From positions 124,001-163,518 of the forward strand of contig JALJEE010002185.1 in NCBI GenBank assembly GCA_023231475.1: 39,518 nt of DNA. The letters are read 5' to 3'. The notes under the pieces were generated by a model. That model did not search any database. It was not told the DNA's origin and saw nothing but the letters and a program-made list of their open reading frames with translations. Source of the stretch: Seison nebaliae (Eukaryota). Numbering within the stretch: position 1 is the first letter of the stretch; every line of letters starts with the position of its first letter. The translations under genes and the position numbers were made by a program. Below, in pieces: positions 23,508 through 36,017 of the stretch.

Positions 23508-24961
23508 ACACATTATTTACAGTAATGTCAGCGTTTACTATTTTCGTTTTCGTTGAAGTAACTAGGAGAACGAATGGTTAAGTAGAAGAGAAGACTAATT
23601 TTATTGAGTCATCATTTGTTTCCGATTATTGTGAGGATGATTGTGAACAATGACTCACATTCTCCATTGACGATATGTTGCCCCAATGACATATTGAAAT
23701 GAGGTATTATCGATGTTTATTGTTTGAGTTGATATTAAGAATAATTGTTATTATGAGATGGTTGATGAAGAAGTAGAAGGAAAATATTCTTATCATTTTT
23801 CAATTAGAGTTTAAATGAAATGAAAATAGAGAAAAAGAAGCAGTCGAAAAGTAAATAGCTCTCATACCTAAAGAACTAGTGAAACACTCAAACGACTCAG
23901 AAGAATAGAGAAGTTATATATTAATAAAGAAATAGATCTTCGATTTGTTTATACGTTTCTTAGTAATTGAGCGATTAATATCATTCTTCTTTCATTTTTC
24001 TTTCAACGATATTTATGGACATAGTTATGAAGTTGTAAGTTGGAACACCACCGGCAATTTCATCCGAATGGCGGCTACTATCTAATGAGATAAACATTGT
24101 ACATCTGTGTCTAAGTCTGTCAGTAATATGTAAATAATTTCTATGCACTTCACTTCAGAAGACTGATCAATTATCTTCTTTTTCCTATTCTCTACTAGTC
24201 ATTGTTCCTAATCAATCAAATGATGTGCTATCCGAAAACAAAAATTGAATCTATTCTATCTCCATCAGATATTCTTCTTATTCATGAATGATTATAAAAT
24301 AATAATATTTAGGTGTTGACTAGTTCCAATGAGTTTGCGGTAGAAACTTTAAACACCCAACTAGTAAGTTCGTTAGGAAATTAACATAAAATTCAAAACT
24401 AACTTTATTGTGGATACTTTGGAATATTATAGATAGTAATGAGAAACGTAAAGGAAAATTGGCGAAAAGAAACTTTTTATTTGTGGAAATTGGTAAATTC
24501 CATTGGCTAGGAAAACTGGATTATTGGTTCGTTGGAAATTTTGGGAGAAAGGCAAAAAACATTTAGAATTATCTACTAGTGGAGGTTCTCTTGACACATT
24601 TGAGGGATGGAAAGAAGATAGTTAAAGAGAACTTTTCCTCATTTTACACAATTCGATAATCGATGAGGTGTGAGTGTTAATGTCATTTAGTATTCAGAGG
24701 TAAACTGTTATTAGAAAAATTATGTAACACATTGTATTTTAATTGCTTTCTATTTACCTCATTCTGTCTCAGGAATTGAGTGTCAAACTTTCTTATTCCA
24801 TTACATTTCAACCTTTCCTTTCTGTTAAAGATCGAATTTATAGAAGAATAATCTCTCAATTTTATTATCTAAATTAATCGATTTGAGAAAGAACTAACAT
24901 TCTCTCATTAGCGAACTATCAAAATAAGAGTTTGGAGCAGTTCACAATATCAGATTCCCAA

Positions 24962-26693
24962 ATGTATGCAAACAGCAATACGTTTGTGTCGACGACCAGC
25001 ACGATTGTTGGAACGACGTCGAATAAGAACACTCGACCGACATTCACCGGACATCAAATTTTTGCGTTGGAAAAAACTTTTGAGAAAACGAAATACCTCG
25101 CCGGTCCTGAAAGAGCTCGCTTAGCATTCTCCTTAAATATGTCTGAGGGACAAGTGAAAGTTTGTTGATACTTTTATTTTCTCTTCATCTTTCTTCTATT
25201 AATTTCGGTATGTTTAATCGAAAATTAATTAAGAAATTTAAAAAAGTATTCCCATCCATTCCATTTCCATTTATCAATATTATTTGCTAATTATATCGCT
25301 TCATTTGAAACAGGTGTGGTTCCAAAACAGACGTACGAAATGGCGTAAAAGAAATGCGAGTGATCTCGTATTCACTTCGAATGGAGGAAGCAGAACAACG
25401 AATGACAATACATGTGATTCGAATTTAATGACGAATCAATCGAATTGTAATAATCGAGGAACCTACGGGAAAAAGGCTAAACGTTCATCAAAGAAGCAAA
25501 ACGATGGGAATAAAATTAATGAAGAATTCTGGAATCATACGGCAACAAAATTTTCAACAGCAAATAATAGTCTAAATAATGATGCACATAACAATATTGA
25601 AGTATTAAATCAATCTTTATTACATGGAAGCACTCCATTTTTGAATGATTCCTATTTTCTCAAATTACCCGAATTGTCTAATAGTTATTTATTGAACGAT
25701 TTTAATCAATCCTCTCAAACCACCACCTCCACTACCATTAGTAGTGTTGTGGGCGAATTAAATTCAACAATTTCGACCGGTTTCTCATCACCAATCTTCT
25801 CAATGTTCAATAGTAATGCTTATCTTAACTTTCTGAAGAATTCTATAAGTACAACACCAGTGAACTGTTTTAACGATTATTTAATGACATTGAATAATAA
25901 TAATAATAATAATAATAACAACAGCAACAACAACAATAATGATACTAATCATGTCGATCAGAATAATGGTGATAAAGATGATAATAAGAATGAACGGAAA
26001 GAAGATTTAACTTACAGAAACAATGTCGATATAGAGAACATTAATCAAAATGATCATCAGAAATCCACCCCCAACAATGAATCAGATAAATGCAATAACA
26101 ATAACAATAATAATACAAATAATTTGACTTTGACTAATGACCATTTTATGATGATGAATAGAAATAATGAACTGAACAATCATTTGGCACAAGAAATACC
26201 AAGAAATACATCTCCGACACCTTCACACTCTCAACATCAATCGGAGAACGAGGAGAATAATTCGTTCCAAACATCTAAACTAAACAACAACCTCAAAACG
26301 TATTTGGATTGGAACGAACAGTTGAATGATCACCAATCGTCTTTAATCACTTCGTCCGCTTCTCCTCAATCTAACAATATTTCCACACCGTTCTCTCTTT
26401 CGATGATCAATCCGAAAATTGGCAATATCAATTATTCTTCTTGTTCTCCTCAACAAACAGATAACGATGGTAATCAAATGAAGAATCAATACGAGCACAA
26501 CTCTATTGAATCAATTGATGAAGAAGAATGGCTAAAACAATTATCTAAACAATCAACCGACCCAAATCCTTTCCATGATAACAACAAGAACAATAGTAAT
26601 AATGAACTAAATCAGAATTTTATGAATCCCTTTGTCACACAATTTTTACAATCCTACAATTTATCACTAGTTTCCGATAAGAATCTCGCATAA
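24962..26693 (+). CDS. NKX6: NK6-class homeobox transcription factor; exons 24962(or acceptor at 24912)-25159 and 25314-26693; 5' end uncertain
   Basis: Homeodomain [45 protein letters not shown]^[13 protein letters not shown] is diagnostic for Nkx6/HGTX. A 154-nt intron sits at the QVK^VWFQN position, followed by a long Asn-rich tail. Confidence 0.92.
25893..25940 (+). repeat. (AAT/AAC)n repeat encoding poly-Asn in the Nkx6 tail
   Basis: aataataataataataataataataacaacagcaacaacaacaataat, in frame. Confidence 0.85.
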
Positions 26694-27978
26694 TATATAT
26701 CACTCATTATATTATGTTAATCCTAAATCTCATAGATTCTTTACTCAAAATTAAAAGGATGATTATTCATGTTAATTCACAATTATCCAGTCAAAATAAT
26801 TTTCATGTCCTTTTTTTGTAAAAAAGTTTTACTTATTCATATCTTCTATTCATTTGTGGTGGTGCTTCGGTTTATCATTTCCCCTATTTCCTTTCTTCTT
26901 TATAAACTCAATATTATTATTTATCCATCCTTTTCTCCTTTCTAAAGAATTCAGTAAACATATCACTTGACTAGCTTGACGATTTGGTTTTGCCTACCGT
27001 ACAAGAGGATTATTCTTATACAAATAAACAACAAAATCACTTCAGTTTATATAGTTAAAAACTTAACTATCCTATATTTAATTTAACATTTTTGAAAAAT
27101 AAAATAAACCGTAAAAACTAAAACCTAAACTCACCCTATATATATATATATTTGGGATTAATATTCAGTTTTTCGTATAATGGAATCGAACCTTATAATT
27201 TTGCATTCATGGATTATATTCATAGTTCTCTTGAAAAAGGTTGTATTGGAGTTAGAGAGAAAAACCTCCAAAGAAAACCTCTTGATAACCATCTAATAAA
27301 ATTGTAAAATTAAGTCTTTAAATTAGCAAGTATATCATTGTTATTCTAAGCTTCTATAAATTAATCTTAAAAAAAATATTTTTTAGCATTATTCATATTA
27401 TTATTCTTCTATACATAAAAAATCTTTCTAATGAAAATCCCTGGTCTAGACTCTAAACTCTTCATATTTCTATTAACGATGTTTTTCTTTCAATTTCTAT
27501 TTTTCGAAACTTTGGAATATAATTTGAAAGTTGAATTTATGTTATTCACCTTATCATCTCTCTCACCTTCGAATTTATCATTGTTGTTCAATTTTAAACT
27601 TAATAAATGATTTAAATTTTCACGCTTTAATTGCGAGGGATAGGGATTCTTCAAATAACTCAAAGATCAACTTCCCATGTAGTGCAAAATGTACAAAAAT
27701 GTTTTTGCACGAAGAAAGATATTTCCGGACATTCTATTGGTGATATTTTGTACTGATAATATTATAAGTTAAAGATTCTTTGAACAATAGTTCACTATGG
27801 ATATGTTAAAGTTACGAATAAACTTTATTATTAAAATTAAAGATTAAAGATATTAAAATTAAAATATATTTAATTAAAGTTAATAATGATTAAAAATTAA
27901 ATATTAATTTTTTAGTAATCTCAAAGTGAAAAGTTCAATACTAATACAACAATACCATACAATATAATATAATAAGTA

Positions 27979-30900
27979 CTAATCTTCATATTGCATATGA
28001 TAACCTTGGAGATATCGTTCAGTTTCTTTGTTTAAACGGAATTTATGTTTCTCGATGAAGAACGTTCGATAGAGAACATAAGTGAGTGGCAATAATCCAA
28101 AGGTGATGGAAGCGATTAGAACTATCATAAATTTGGCTGTATTGCGAACAGTAGAAAGACTTTCCGCATGGAAGACACCTTGGTGGACGTCAACAGCAAA
28201 AAATGTTTCATAATCACATAAAGAGTATAATGGATCGACGAGTTTAATGTTAAACATGTAAACACCAGGAATGTAAGGTTTAGGGAAACTTACAAAATTG
28301 TGAGTGGAATTATAAATGATGAATGGTCGAATTCGTGGTTTTTCATTATTCTTCGGTCGATTTATTTCGGAATGACAATATAATTGTTCATACGCTAAAG
28401 TCGAATCGAAATATTCGGTGTGGTTTGTTGGTGCTGCACGACAACCGCTCGTTAATGTCGTTTCATTTGGGAAGAAGTCATAACGACCATTAATTTCTTG
28501 AATGAAGAATGATGAAGTGATTTCACTGTCAACTAAACGTTCGATACCATCCGTCGATTTTTCTATCAATCCGAGAAGGAAACGTATCTTATAACTGGCA
28601 CTAATAGAAACTGGACATCCAAACATTTGTTTATCATAGAATACTTTTTTATTATCGTTTCTGGTATTTTTAAATGCATATTTTGGAACTGAAATATAGT
28701 CAGGTAATGATTCTTTATCGCAATAATGATTAATGAAATTGACAATCTTGTCACCATTTTGAGAAGTTTTATTTCCTATAAATAATGTTTCTTCAGTTAT
28801 TTCATTGACGATGAGTAATCGTCGAACAATTAGTCGTCGTTTACTATCACAAGTGATGTGAATACGTTTCTGGATAATTGGAGCGATTTCCATTCTGGAG
28901 AATTGGACAATGTTCAAATTAACTGGAACAGAAATTAAATGTTTTCTTATCAGAATATTTAAACATTCACCATTTTCATCATTTTCAAATGTTTCTATTT
29001 TTTCTTTTATCAATTTATTAACATTCAAAGTAGAAAAGAATTCTTGGCATTTTTTTGGTATAATTGATTGGACTATTATTAATCTCTTGTATGATATCGA
29101 ACGATCTGAATAATTTATTGAGGAGAAGGTTTTCAATTGAACAAATTGTGAGTGACTGATTTGAGCAGATAACCAGTCGAATATAATATTCACTTCTACT
29201 TCCGATTCAACTTCTATTCGAAATTCATCATTGATATCTAGAGAAATATCATCAATGTTGTTATCAATCGTTCGACTATTAATCCATTGAACTGATGAAC
29301 TATCATATATGTGTAATGGATTATGAGTTATGAAATTAGTTTTGGTAAAATTCCAATTGTCATCTTCCCCAGAAATGATCTGTAAAGCATTTTCCCCATC
29401 CAGAAAAATATCGAGAGATGTCATCGTCGATGATTGATATAATGAACTAGGAACTTCAATAATTCGACATCGATTTTTGTTAATATATTTCACTTTAAAT
29501 AACTTCCACATACTTCCTGATACTTTACCAACAATTATGATATTTCGAATATCCTGAATTTCTAATTTGAAAATAATTGGATCAATCACATCTCCTGCCC
29601 AAATACATCGATAAAAGATATTGAAATGAGTATTCAAATGAAATAAAGTTCCATTTTCGGTGAGGATTAAGAATGTACTGAAATCCACCATGAACATTTG
29701 AGGAGAACGACCGAATTTATTTACTTCGTTTTCAGTGATTTTCTTTAAAAACTCATTATTGTGATAATTATAAAGATGGAAAGATTCGGTGGAATTATCA
29801 TAATCTAAAATTCGAGCAATAATAAAATGTTGAATTGATGTGCATCGAATAGAAAGCCAAAAAATATTATTTTCCGATAAACGGTAAATAGACTTCAATT
29901 CAAGTCCCTTAAAAATGAAAAGAAATTCATTAGCTGTCAGAATGAAAAACTTTTCAATTTTATCAATTAATAATATATCGGAGAATAATAATGTTTCATT
30001 TTTACGTAATATCGACTCCAAATTATATCCATAAATAGTTGGAGCTAAACTAAAATTTTTCGCAAATAAATCTGCAGTTTTCAATTGTTTCGAACTATAC
30101 GGAACATGAAAAATCAAATGATATTCGATAAAAGCAACAATAAATTGATCGCTAAATCGAATAAATTTTCCACCAGTTCCCTTCAACTTTTTCTCAATAT
30201 CCAAATGTTCTTTTCTCAAATTCTTAGATATATTGATAACTTCATTTACTCCATCAACTTTCTTCGGTATATTCGTTTTCATTCTAGATAATAAAGTTTT
30301 CCTGAATAATTTCTGGTAAAGTGTCAATCCGAATTGTAAACGTTGAAACTGCTCAAGATATTGATATTTAATTAATTGAGTTGTGATTTCTTTCGAAGAT
30401 TTCTTCGATTCGAAATTAAATAATCCATTTGGAACAATTAAATATATTTGTTGAAATTTATTAATTTCACAATGTTCCATTAAAAATGACGAGGAGTCGA
30501 TGGATAAACGGAATTTGATGACACCAAACCAGAAATAATGATTCACGTCTCTTATGTGATCATCGAAATAAATTAGACCTAGCCAATGTCGATGTCCACC
30601 ATTCCATAATAAGAGAGAATCCAAATGAACGATATTTCCTTTTATTACATCGATTTTCATTCTCGGTGTCAATCCGTGTAAATAAGCGTTATATGTGTCA
30701 TTATCAACTGAGAGCATGGAAGCTTGCCAATGTCGTATTTGAATATAAAATCGAGCAATTTCAATTTTGTTTTGGGAGAATGATAATTGATTTGATCTTT
30801 TACCTCTCCTGTGTAGTCTGTCATCTAACGGTTCGATAAATTTAGTAAAATAATCGATTGTCACCATCCAATCGATGCAATGAGTTAAACGTCGAATAGA

Positions 30901-31239
30901 TATTTCCTTTAGAAGTTCATCCTTTTCCATTATCATTAAAGAACATTCTCTGAAACATTTTATTTCGTGAAAATTCTTTTTTTGTTTCGTCTGACAGAAA
31001 TCTTCCAATTTTCCGTCATTTTTCAATTTAAATTCAATTTTTCTTGTTATAAAAATTATGGAGAATTTATGAATAAGAAACGGATCGATCGACGGTTCAA
31101 TACATCGATCTTCAACTTCAAATTCTCTAAATAAACCCACTTTTCCTCTCAATATTAATCCAGAACGAGTACACTTTATATCGAGAGATTCTCCGAAAGA
31201 AAAAAGAGACAAAATAAAAATATATTGAACAAACGTCAT
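27979..31239 (-). CDS. CatSper sperm channel auxiliary subunit delta/epsilon-like protein, single exon, 1086 aa
   Basis: Signal peptide, large ectodomain, single C-terminal TM. The C-terminal YDKQMFGCP...EINGRYDF...TSGCRAAPTN...GVYMFNIKLVDPLYSLCDYETFFAVDV matches the CATSPERD/E C-terminal pattern (YDxxxxGCP...EVNG...C...P.N...GxYxFxxxxVDPxYSxCxxxTxFxxxV) as recalled; no search was run. Confidence 0.75.
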   Translation of the reverse strand: MTFVQYIFILSLFSFGESLDIKCTRSGLILRGKVGLFREFEVEDRCIEPSIDPFLIHKFSIIFITRKIEFKLKNDGKLEDFCQTKQKKNFHEIKCFRECSLMIMEKDELLKEISIRRLTHCIDWMVTIDYFTKFIEPLDDRLHRRGKRSNQLSFSQNKIEIARFYIQIRHWQASMLSVDNDTYNAYLHGLTPRMKIDVIKGNIVHLDSLLLWNGGHRHWLGLIYFDDHIRDVNHYFWFGVIKFRLSIDSSSFLMEHCEINKFQQIYLIVPNGLFNFESKKSSKEITTQLIKYQYLEQFQRLQFGLTLYQKLFRKTLLSRMKTNIPKKVDGVNEVINISKNLRKEHLDIEKKLKGTGGKFIRFSDQFIVAFIEYHLIFHVPYSSKQLKTADLFAKNFSLAPTIYGYNLESILRKNETLLFSDILLIDKIEKFFILTANEFLFIFKGLELKSIYRLSENNIFWLSIRCTSIQHFIIARILDYDNSTESFHLYNYHNNEFLKKITENEVNKFGRSPQMFMVDFSTFLILTENGTLFHLNTHFNIFYRCIWAGDVIDPIIFKLEIQDIRNIIIVGKVSGSMWKLFKVKYINKNRCRIIEVPSSLYQSSTMTSLDIFLDGENALQIISGEDDNWNFTKTNFITHNPLHIYDSSSVQWINSRTIDNNIDDISLDINDEFRIEVESEVEVNIIFDWLSAQISHSQFVQLKTFSSINYSDRSISYKRLIIVQSIIPKKCQEFFSTLNVNKLIKEKIETFENDENGECLNILIRKHLISVPVNLNIVQFSRMEIAPIIQKRIHITCDSKRRLIVRRLLIVNEITEETLFIGNKTSQNGDKIVNFINHYCDKESLPDYISVPKYAFKNTRNDNKKVFYDKQMFGCPVSISASYKIRFLLGLIEKSTDGIERLVDSEITSSFFIQEINGRYDFFPNETTLTSGCRAAPTNHTEYFDSTLAYEQLYCHSEINRPKNNEKPRIRPFIIYNSTHNFVSFPKPYIPGVYMFNIKLVDPLYSLCDYETFFAVDVHQGVFHAESLSTVRNTAKFMIVLIASITFGLLPLTYVLYRTFFIEKHKFRLNKETERYLQGYHMQYED

Positions 31240-31484
31240 TCTCTCTCACGATCAATATCAGTAAATTTATTTAATAAAATTAACCGTTGGAAATTTCATC
31301 ACAAACCGTTTCCAAGTTCAATGACTACTTTTTCCTTCTTCGACCAATAGCCGAGAATTAGTTGAATATTACAACTCTTAATTTCGACCGTTAGGAAAAT
31401 GTTATTGTGTGAAAGAAAACTTAAATGTGTTGGAGAAGAAATTTAAAGAAAATGTAATTGTTTTGTTTAAACATTTTTTTTTAA

Positions 31485-32832
31485 TTAATTGAACTACAAA
31501 TATGGAGAGATTAGAGAATTTGGGAGATATGAGGAAAAATTGAACTTTCCATCGGAATCCACAATTTGCACAGTATACGAATGTTGTCATTGGTTCATCA
31601 GCACTTCTTGTTTGAACTTGATTATAAAAACAGTTATTCGAACGACATCTGCAAAAAATAATACATGAAATTTATTTAATGAAAAATGAAACTTTTTACA
31701 ATTGAGCACATTCGTCTTAGTTCCTTGACGTACAGCAATCTGATATTGATCTATACTTTGTTTCGTCATAATTTTTCTTTCTTCTCTCAGTGATTCGGTT
31801 GCCATTTCCTGAAGAAAAAAATCTTTCCAATTTCAAATGAAAAAAATTTCAGAAACTTTATGTGTCATTTTGAGAAAATCATCGACAGAAATCACTTTAG
31901 CAATAACGTCAGCACGAAGACCTTTATTCGTTCTCAGATTGCTAATTCGACTCATAATATCTGATCGATAATATTGTTGTTTCGTAGGGAATTTTGTGTA
32001 AATCTTCTCTTCGATTTCAGCAGCTAATTTTCTGATATTATTCCGATCTGTAACAATTTCATTATCTTTCAACATCGAATCGATCAATTTGTCTCTCAAT
32101 GTATTTCTGAGAGAAAAGATGAGAAATTAAATGAAAGAAATTTCCAATTACCTCGGCGGTTCAACGAATGGCAACTCCTCTTCATCTTCCGTTGTACTTA
32201 CTTTTTCAACTTTTTTTTTTTCCTCCGGTTCAATTTCCTGTTTCATTTTCTTTGGTTGATCACTCGATGGTACCGACGAATGATCATTAACAACTTTTCT
32301 TTTTTCATTTCTTGTTTTTTCTAAAAATAAATTTTCAATTTTCTTCACATTAAATTTTAATTAAATGTTTTCCATATATTTTGTCTTACCAAATATTTAG
32401 AAAATGAATTTTCATAGATAAATTTACACATAAATTTGTCTTATAACGCAAACTTAGAAAAATGAGTTTGGCAAATTCTTTTTGAAAAATTATATATATA
32501 ATATTATATTAACTTATCTGTTCTTTCCATGCACGGAATGTATTTTGAATGCTCTTCCTTATTTTCTCATCAGTACTCGTCTTGTAAAGTAAATTCAATT
32601 TTACTCCCAAACCAGATGCCTGAACATATCACAATTGGAATGATGGAAATTGGCTAACTTGTAAGGATTTACGATCAACTTTCGCTTTCTGTAATTCATC
32701 CAGAATCTTTCCCAATTGAGTCGAATCCTGATCTCAAATTTAATGGAACAAAGGCAATAAAATGAAAAAAATTACCACAATTTTCTCTTCGACCATCTGG
32801 TTAATGGGTTCCACATGCTTCATAATATCCAT
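31485..32832 (-). CDS. TCEA: Transcription elongation factor S-II; exons 32832-32776, 32727-32659, 32619-32514, 32320-32152, 32106-31857, 31808-31693, 31648-31546, 31493-31485
   Basis: N-terminal TFIIS domain (SGLGVKLN...WK); domain II (AAEIEEKIY...[12 protein letters not shown]...EMATESLR); Zn ribbon CKKC...[28 protein letters not shown] with the catalytic DE pair. Confidence 0.95.
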
Positions 32833-33630
32833 TTTCGTCTGTACTGCAATTGAAATTTGTGGATAAGTAAAAAATGAAATAAAATATTTTTCGATTCCAA
32901 TTAAAAAGCTGAGTATTTAAAAATATCATTATAGATCTCTTATAATTAATGGCTTAATTATATTAAATAGTGGCAAAATAGTGTGCAAAATTTTATTTTT
33001 CGATTTTTATTAAAGACAATAAATAGAATGAAAAATAATTCGAAAACGTTTTTATAAAAATAGAAAACAATTTTTCTATAAAAATTTTCTTAACTGATGA
33101 AATAATTTTATTTCTTTTTAATCGATTTCTTTATTCATAAAATTTGATGTAGTTTTTTATACCTTTTTATTCGTATCATCATCATTCCAAATATTTTTCC
33201 ATTTACTTGAAGATACTTACAGAGACTAGAATAAATTCTTCTTTCTAATCCAGTTCTATTCCTTTTCTTTATTTCGTTGAATACTTCTACTTTTTTTCCG
33301 AGTAATTGTCGATTATTCCTTTTCTTATTATTGGACCCTTCTATTTTTTCAACCATTTTTAAACATTTATCTTATTTATGTATTATTGTGTAAGTGTAAA
33401 ATCTAACGTAAAATGTTTGCGATCTATATATTAATATAAGAAAAATCATATTTAATGTTTTCCAATTTACTTCTTTATCTTCATCCACTGCTTTCTCGTC
33501 TTTTGATCAACATGACGAACTGTGTTTCCACTAGATGAATTAAGCTTATTGATTTTATTTTAACTAATTCTTTTCATTTTCATTTACTTCCTAAGAACGT
33601 CCTAATGTACATAATTTGGTTTATTTGGAA

Positions 33631-34981
33631 TTAAATAAATTGCCAAGCGAATGTGCAACATACAATAGGAATGAAGTTTCCTAATGAATTTTTGATGACA
33701 TCTATAAAACTGATAGATGAATCTGATAAATATAACGAGCGTAAAGTCCATGGTTCTGGTAAGAATATCCACATATCCTTATATTTCTCATACAATCGCG
33801 TTTCACCTTGGAAACAACTTTTCCAAACGATCAGAAATAGAATTGTCCATTTAAAAAAGTCAATCATAAATTTTCCATTTTGGTTGATATGTTGTTTAGA
33901 TAACCTCTTTTTCACATCAGCAATTCTCATGCAAATATATGTGAAAGAGAATAAGATGATGATTTGCCCCTCGGTTACCAAATACCTTCAGATATATAAC
34001 GAAAATTAAATACAAATAATAAAAATAATTTTCAAACAGATAATATAATGCATTGATGACGACGAAAACGAAATAATATTTATTACTGAATAGACCTACG
34101 AATTTCAAGAAACAATTTATGAGATATAACATATTACGAACATAATATTGATAAATTATAGTTCAAGAAATAGCAGAAGAATTGGAAATATAATTATATT
34201 TATTATAAAATTTGAATAAATCAAATTTCAATTGATATTTCAAATGGTAAATGTAAAACTAACTGTAATTAGAACTTGAATCTGAAACTTTATTTGAAAA
34301 ACAATTCGTATTAAAGTAAAGAAAGAATTCAAGAAAGTATGCAAAATACCTAGAGACATTATTATAGAAATTTTTAAATTAAAAGAATAAGGAAATGAAA
34401 TAATTAACCAAAGATTATGTCCAAAAATTTCATCATAAAAATAGAGCAATTCAAATGTTTCTATCTGTAACATGAAATTATTTTTCAATAAACAAATTTT
34501 AAAAGTTAACCATCGCTTCAGTTTGATTTGACATAAATTGATTAGAACGAACATCTTTATGTAATTCATATCCTTCCATCGTCAACCTGTGATTGATCGA
34601 ATCTCCTACCAAATGGATCGAAGCACCCATTACAAATACGGCGACTAAACCAATTTTAAACATTCTTTTCAACGGTAAATTTTTGTTTTTATCTTCAGAC
34701 GGAGACCACATCTCATTAAAATAAAAGTGGTTATTTAAACAATTAAATTTCTAATATACCTTGTAAAGACACATTCCAACTACCACATTATATGCCATAT
34801 GGAAGTAATCTCCTAAACTTGGTCGATTCAAGGGAAACCATTTTGCTGTCAAAATCTAGAGCGATAAATTTTAACATTAATACTCTCAACTAACCATCAC
34901 TATTGGACGACAAAAATCAAAAAGCCAATTAGCGATTGTCAGGGTTCCCCATACTCCAAAATTGAATTGTTCGTTTTTCAT
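33631..34981 (-). CDS. CLN6: Ceroid-lipofuscinosis neuronal protein 6 homolog (ER membrane); exons 34981-34895, 34855-34760, 34711-34511, 34464-34409, 34349-34264, 34095-34038, 33985-33631
   Basis: NWLFDFCRP, WFPLNRPSLGDYFHMAYNV, FVMGASIHLVGDSINHRL, FELLYFYDEIFGHNLWY, YLVTEGQI and PEPW follow the CLN6 motif order. Six in-frame introns. Confidence 0.92.
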
Positions 34982-36017
34982 ATTCTTTTAAAAATTCTGC
35001 ATTTATTACTAATTCTTTGACGCATACAAATAGTTATATTTTTAATAAAGATTTATTATCATGACGACAATCTAAATTGGAGAGTATTGAGAATTAGAGG
35101 TAAACTTTGAACTTCTAGTTAATTCAAGGATACATTTAAAGAGATAAACAATAAATAATCGAAAAGTTACAATAGTTACACTCTACATTATATGAAGAGA
35201 ATATTTGGGCTCATCATCACAAACATATTATAGATTATTTTTCTATAATATAGAATATCCCAAACAAATGAAATAGTGTGATGTAAACATAAACTAAATA
35301 ATAATTTACTTCCTATGCCAATAGTTTTAAAATAAATAAAAAATTCAAATCGTCTTTTGATAACCAAATCAGAAATATTGAAAAGCCGCTTTTCAAAAAC
35401 GACTGTTTGCGAAAGTAACAATTTAACAAATACGTAAACTCCATATCGAATGGTTTTATTTCTATCAAGATCGATATCCTTATGGTATTGTGTAATACGT
35501 ATGTCCTTTCATTTCTGCATTATGTCAGGTATGGAGCTCAATTTTTTTAACCACAAATAATACAAACAGCTAAAATTGTTGCTTCGATTTCTTTCATCAT
35601 AATGTTTCCACATAATGCTGTGACTACTTGACATCTTTTTCACATCTTCGAACATTATAACGAAAAAAGTTTTCGCAATGAACAATAAAGATATTTGTAA
35701 GTGTTTACATTTTATTTATTAGATCATCATTTTATATATTGTTGTCGCATTGTAGCGGGAAATTTCCATAAATTAATTTCAAAGAAATTCGAAAAAATCA
35801 AAAAAAGCCGTCGCGAAGTTAAAAATGAAAAGATTGAAGAGCAATGTTCTATGATAATGTTAACTAAAGACAAATAATATTATTAGGTAAATATTAAAAC
35901 AAATAAGATTAAATTTTATACAATTACGAAAGATATCTTTATATATATTATATTATATAATTATTACTCAGCATTTTAAAAAAATGCAAAATCTGATAAA
36001 TTTTATTCAATTGTACT

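Noticed and set aside
22566..23581. Short ORFs at 22566-22775 and 23378-23581
   Set aside because: They arise from GAT/CAT trinucleotide low complexity, have no domains, and cannot be spliced convincingly to Nkx6.
23657..23690. Peptide TFSIDDML resembling an eh1 motif upstream of Nkx6
   Set aside because: It is bracketed by in-frame TGA stops with no AG acceptor or ATG between the upstream stop and the motif, so it is probably coincidental.
27820..27912. ATTAAA-rich quasi-repeat
   Set aside because: AT-rich low-complexity DNA near a 3' end; no consistent unit and not a CRISPR array.
32375..32470. Imperfect internal duplication (ttgtctta...ttagaaaatga) in TFIIS intron 3
   Set aside because: A simple local duplication explains the longer intron. 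I found no convincing C/D or H/ACA snoRNA boxes.
35188..35730. Possible small minus-strand gene between CLN6 and the protease
   Set aside because: Every exon chain I tried hit an immediate stop; no recognisable motif.
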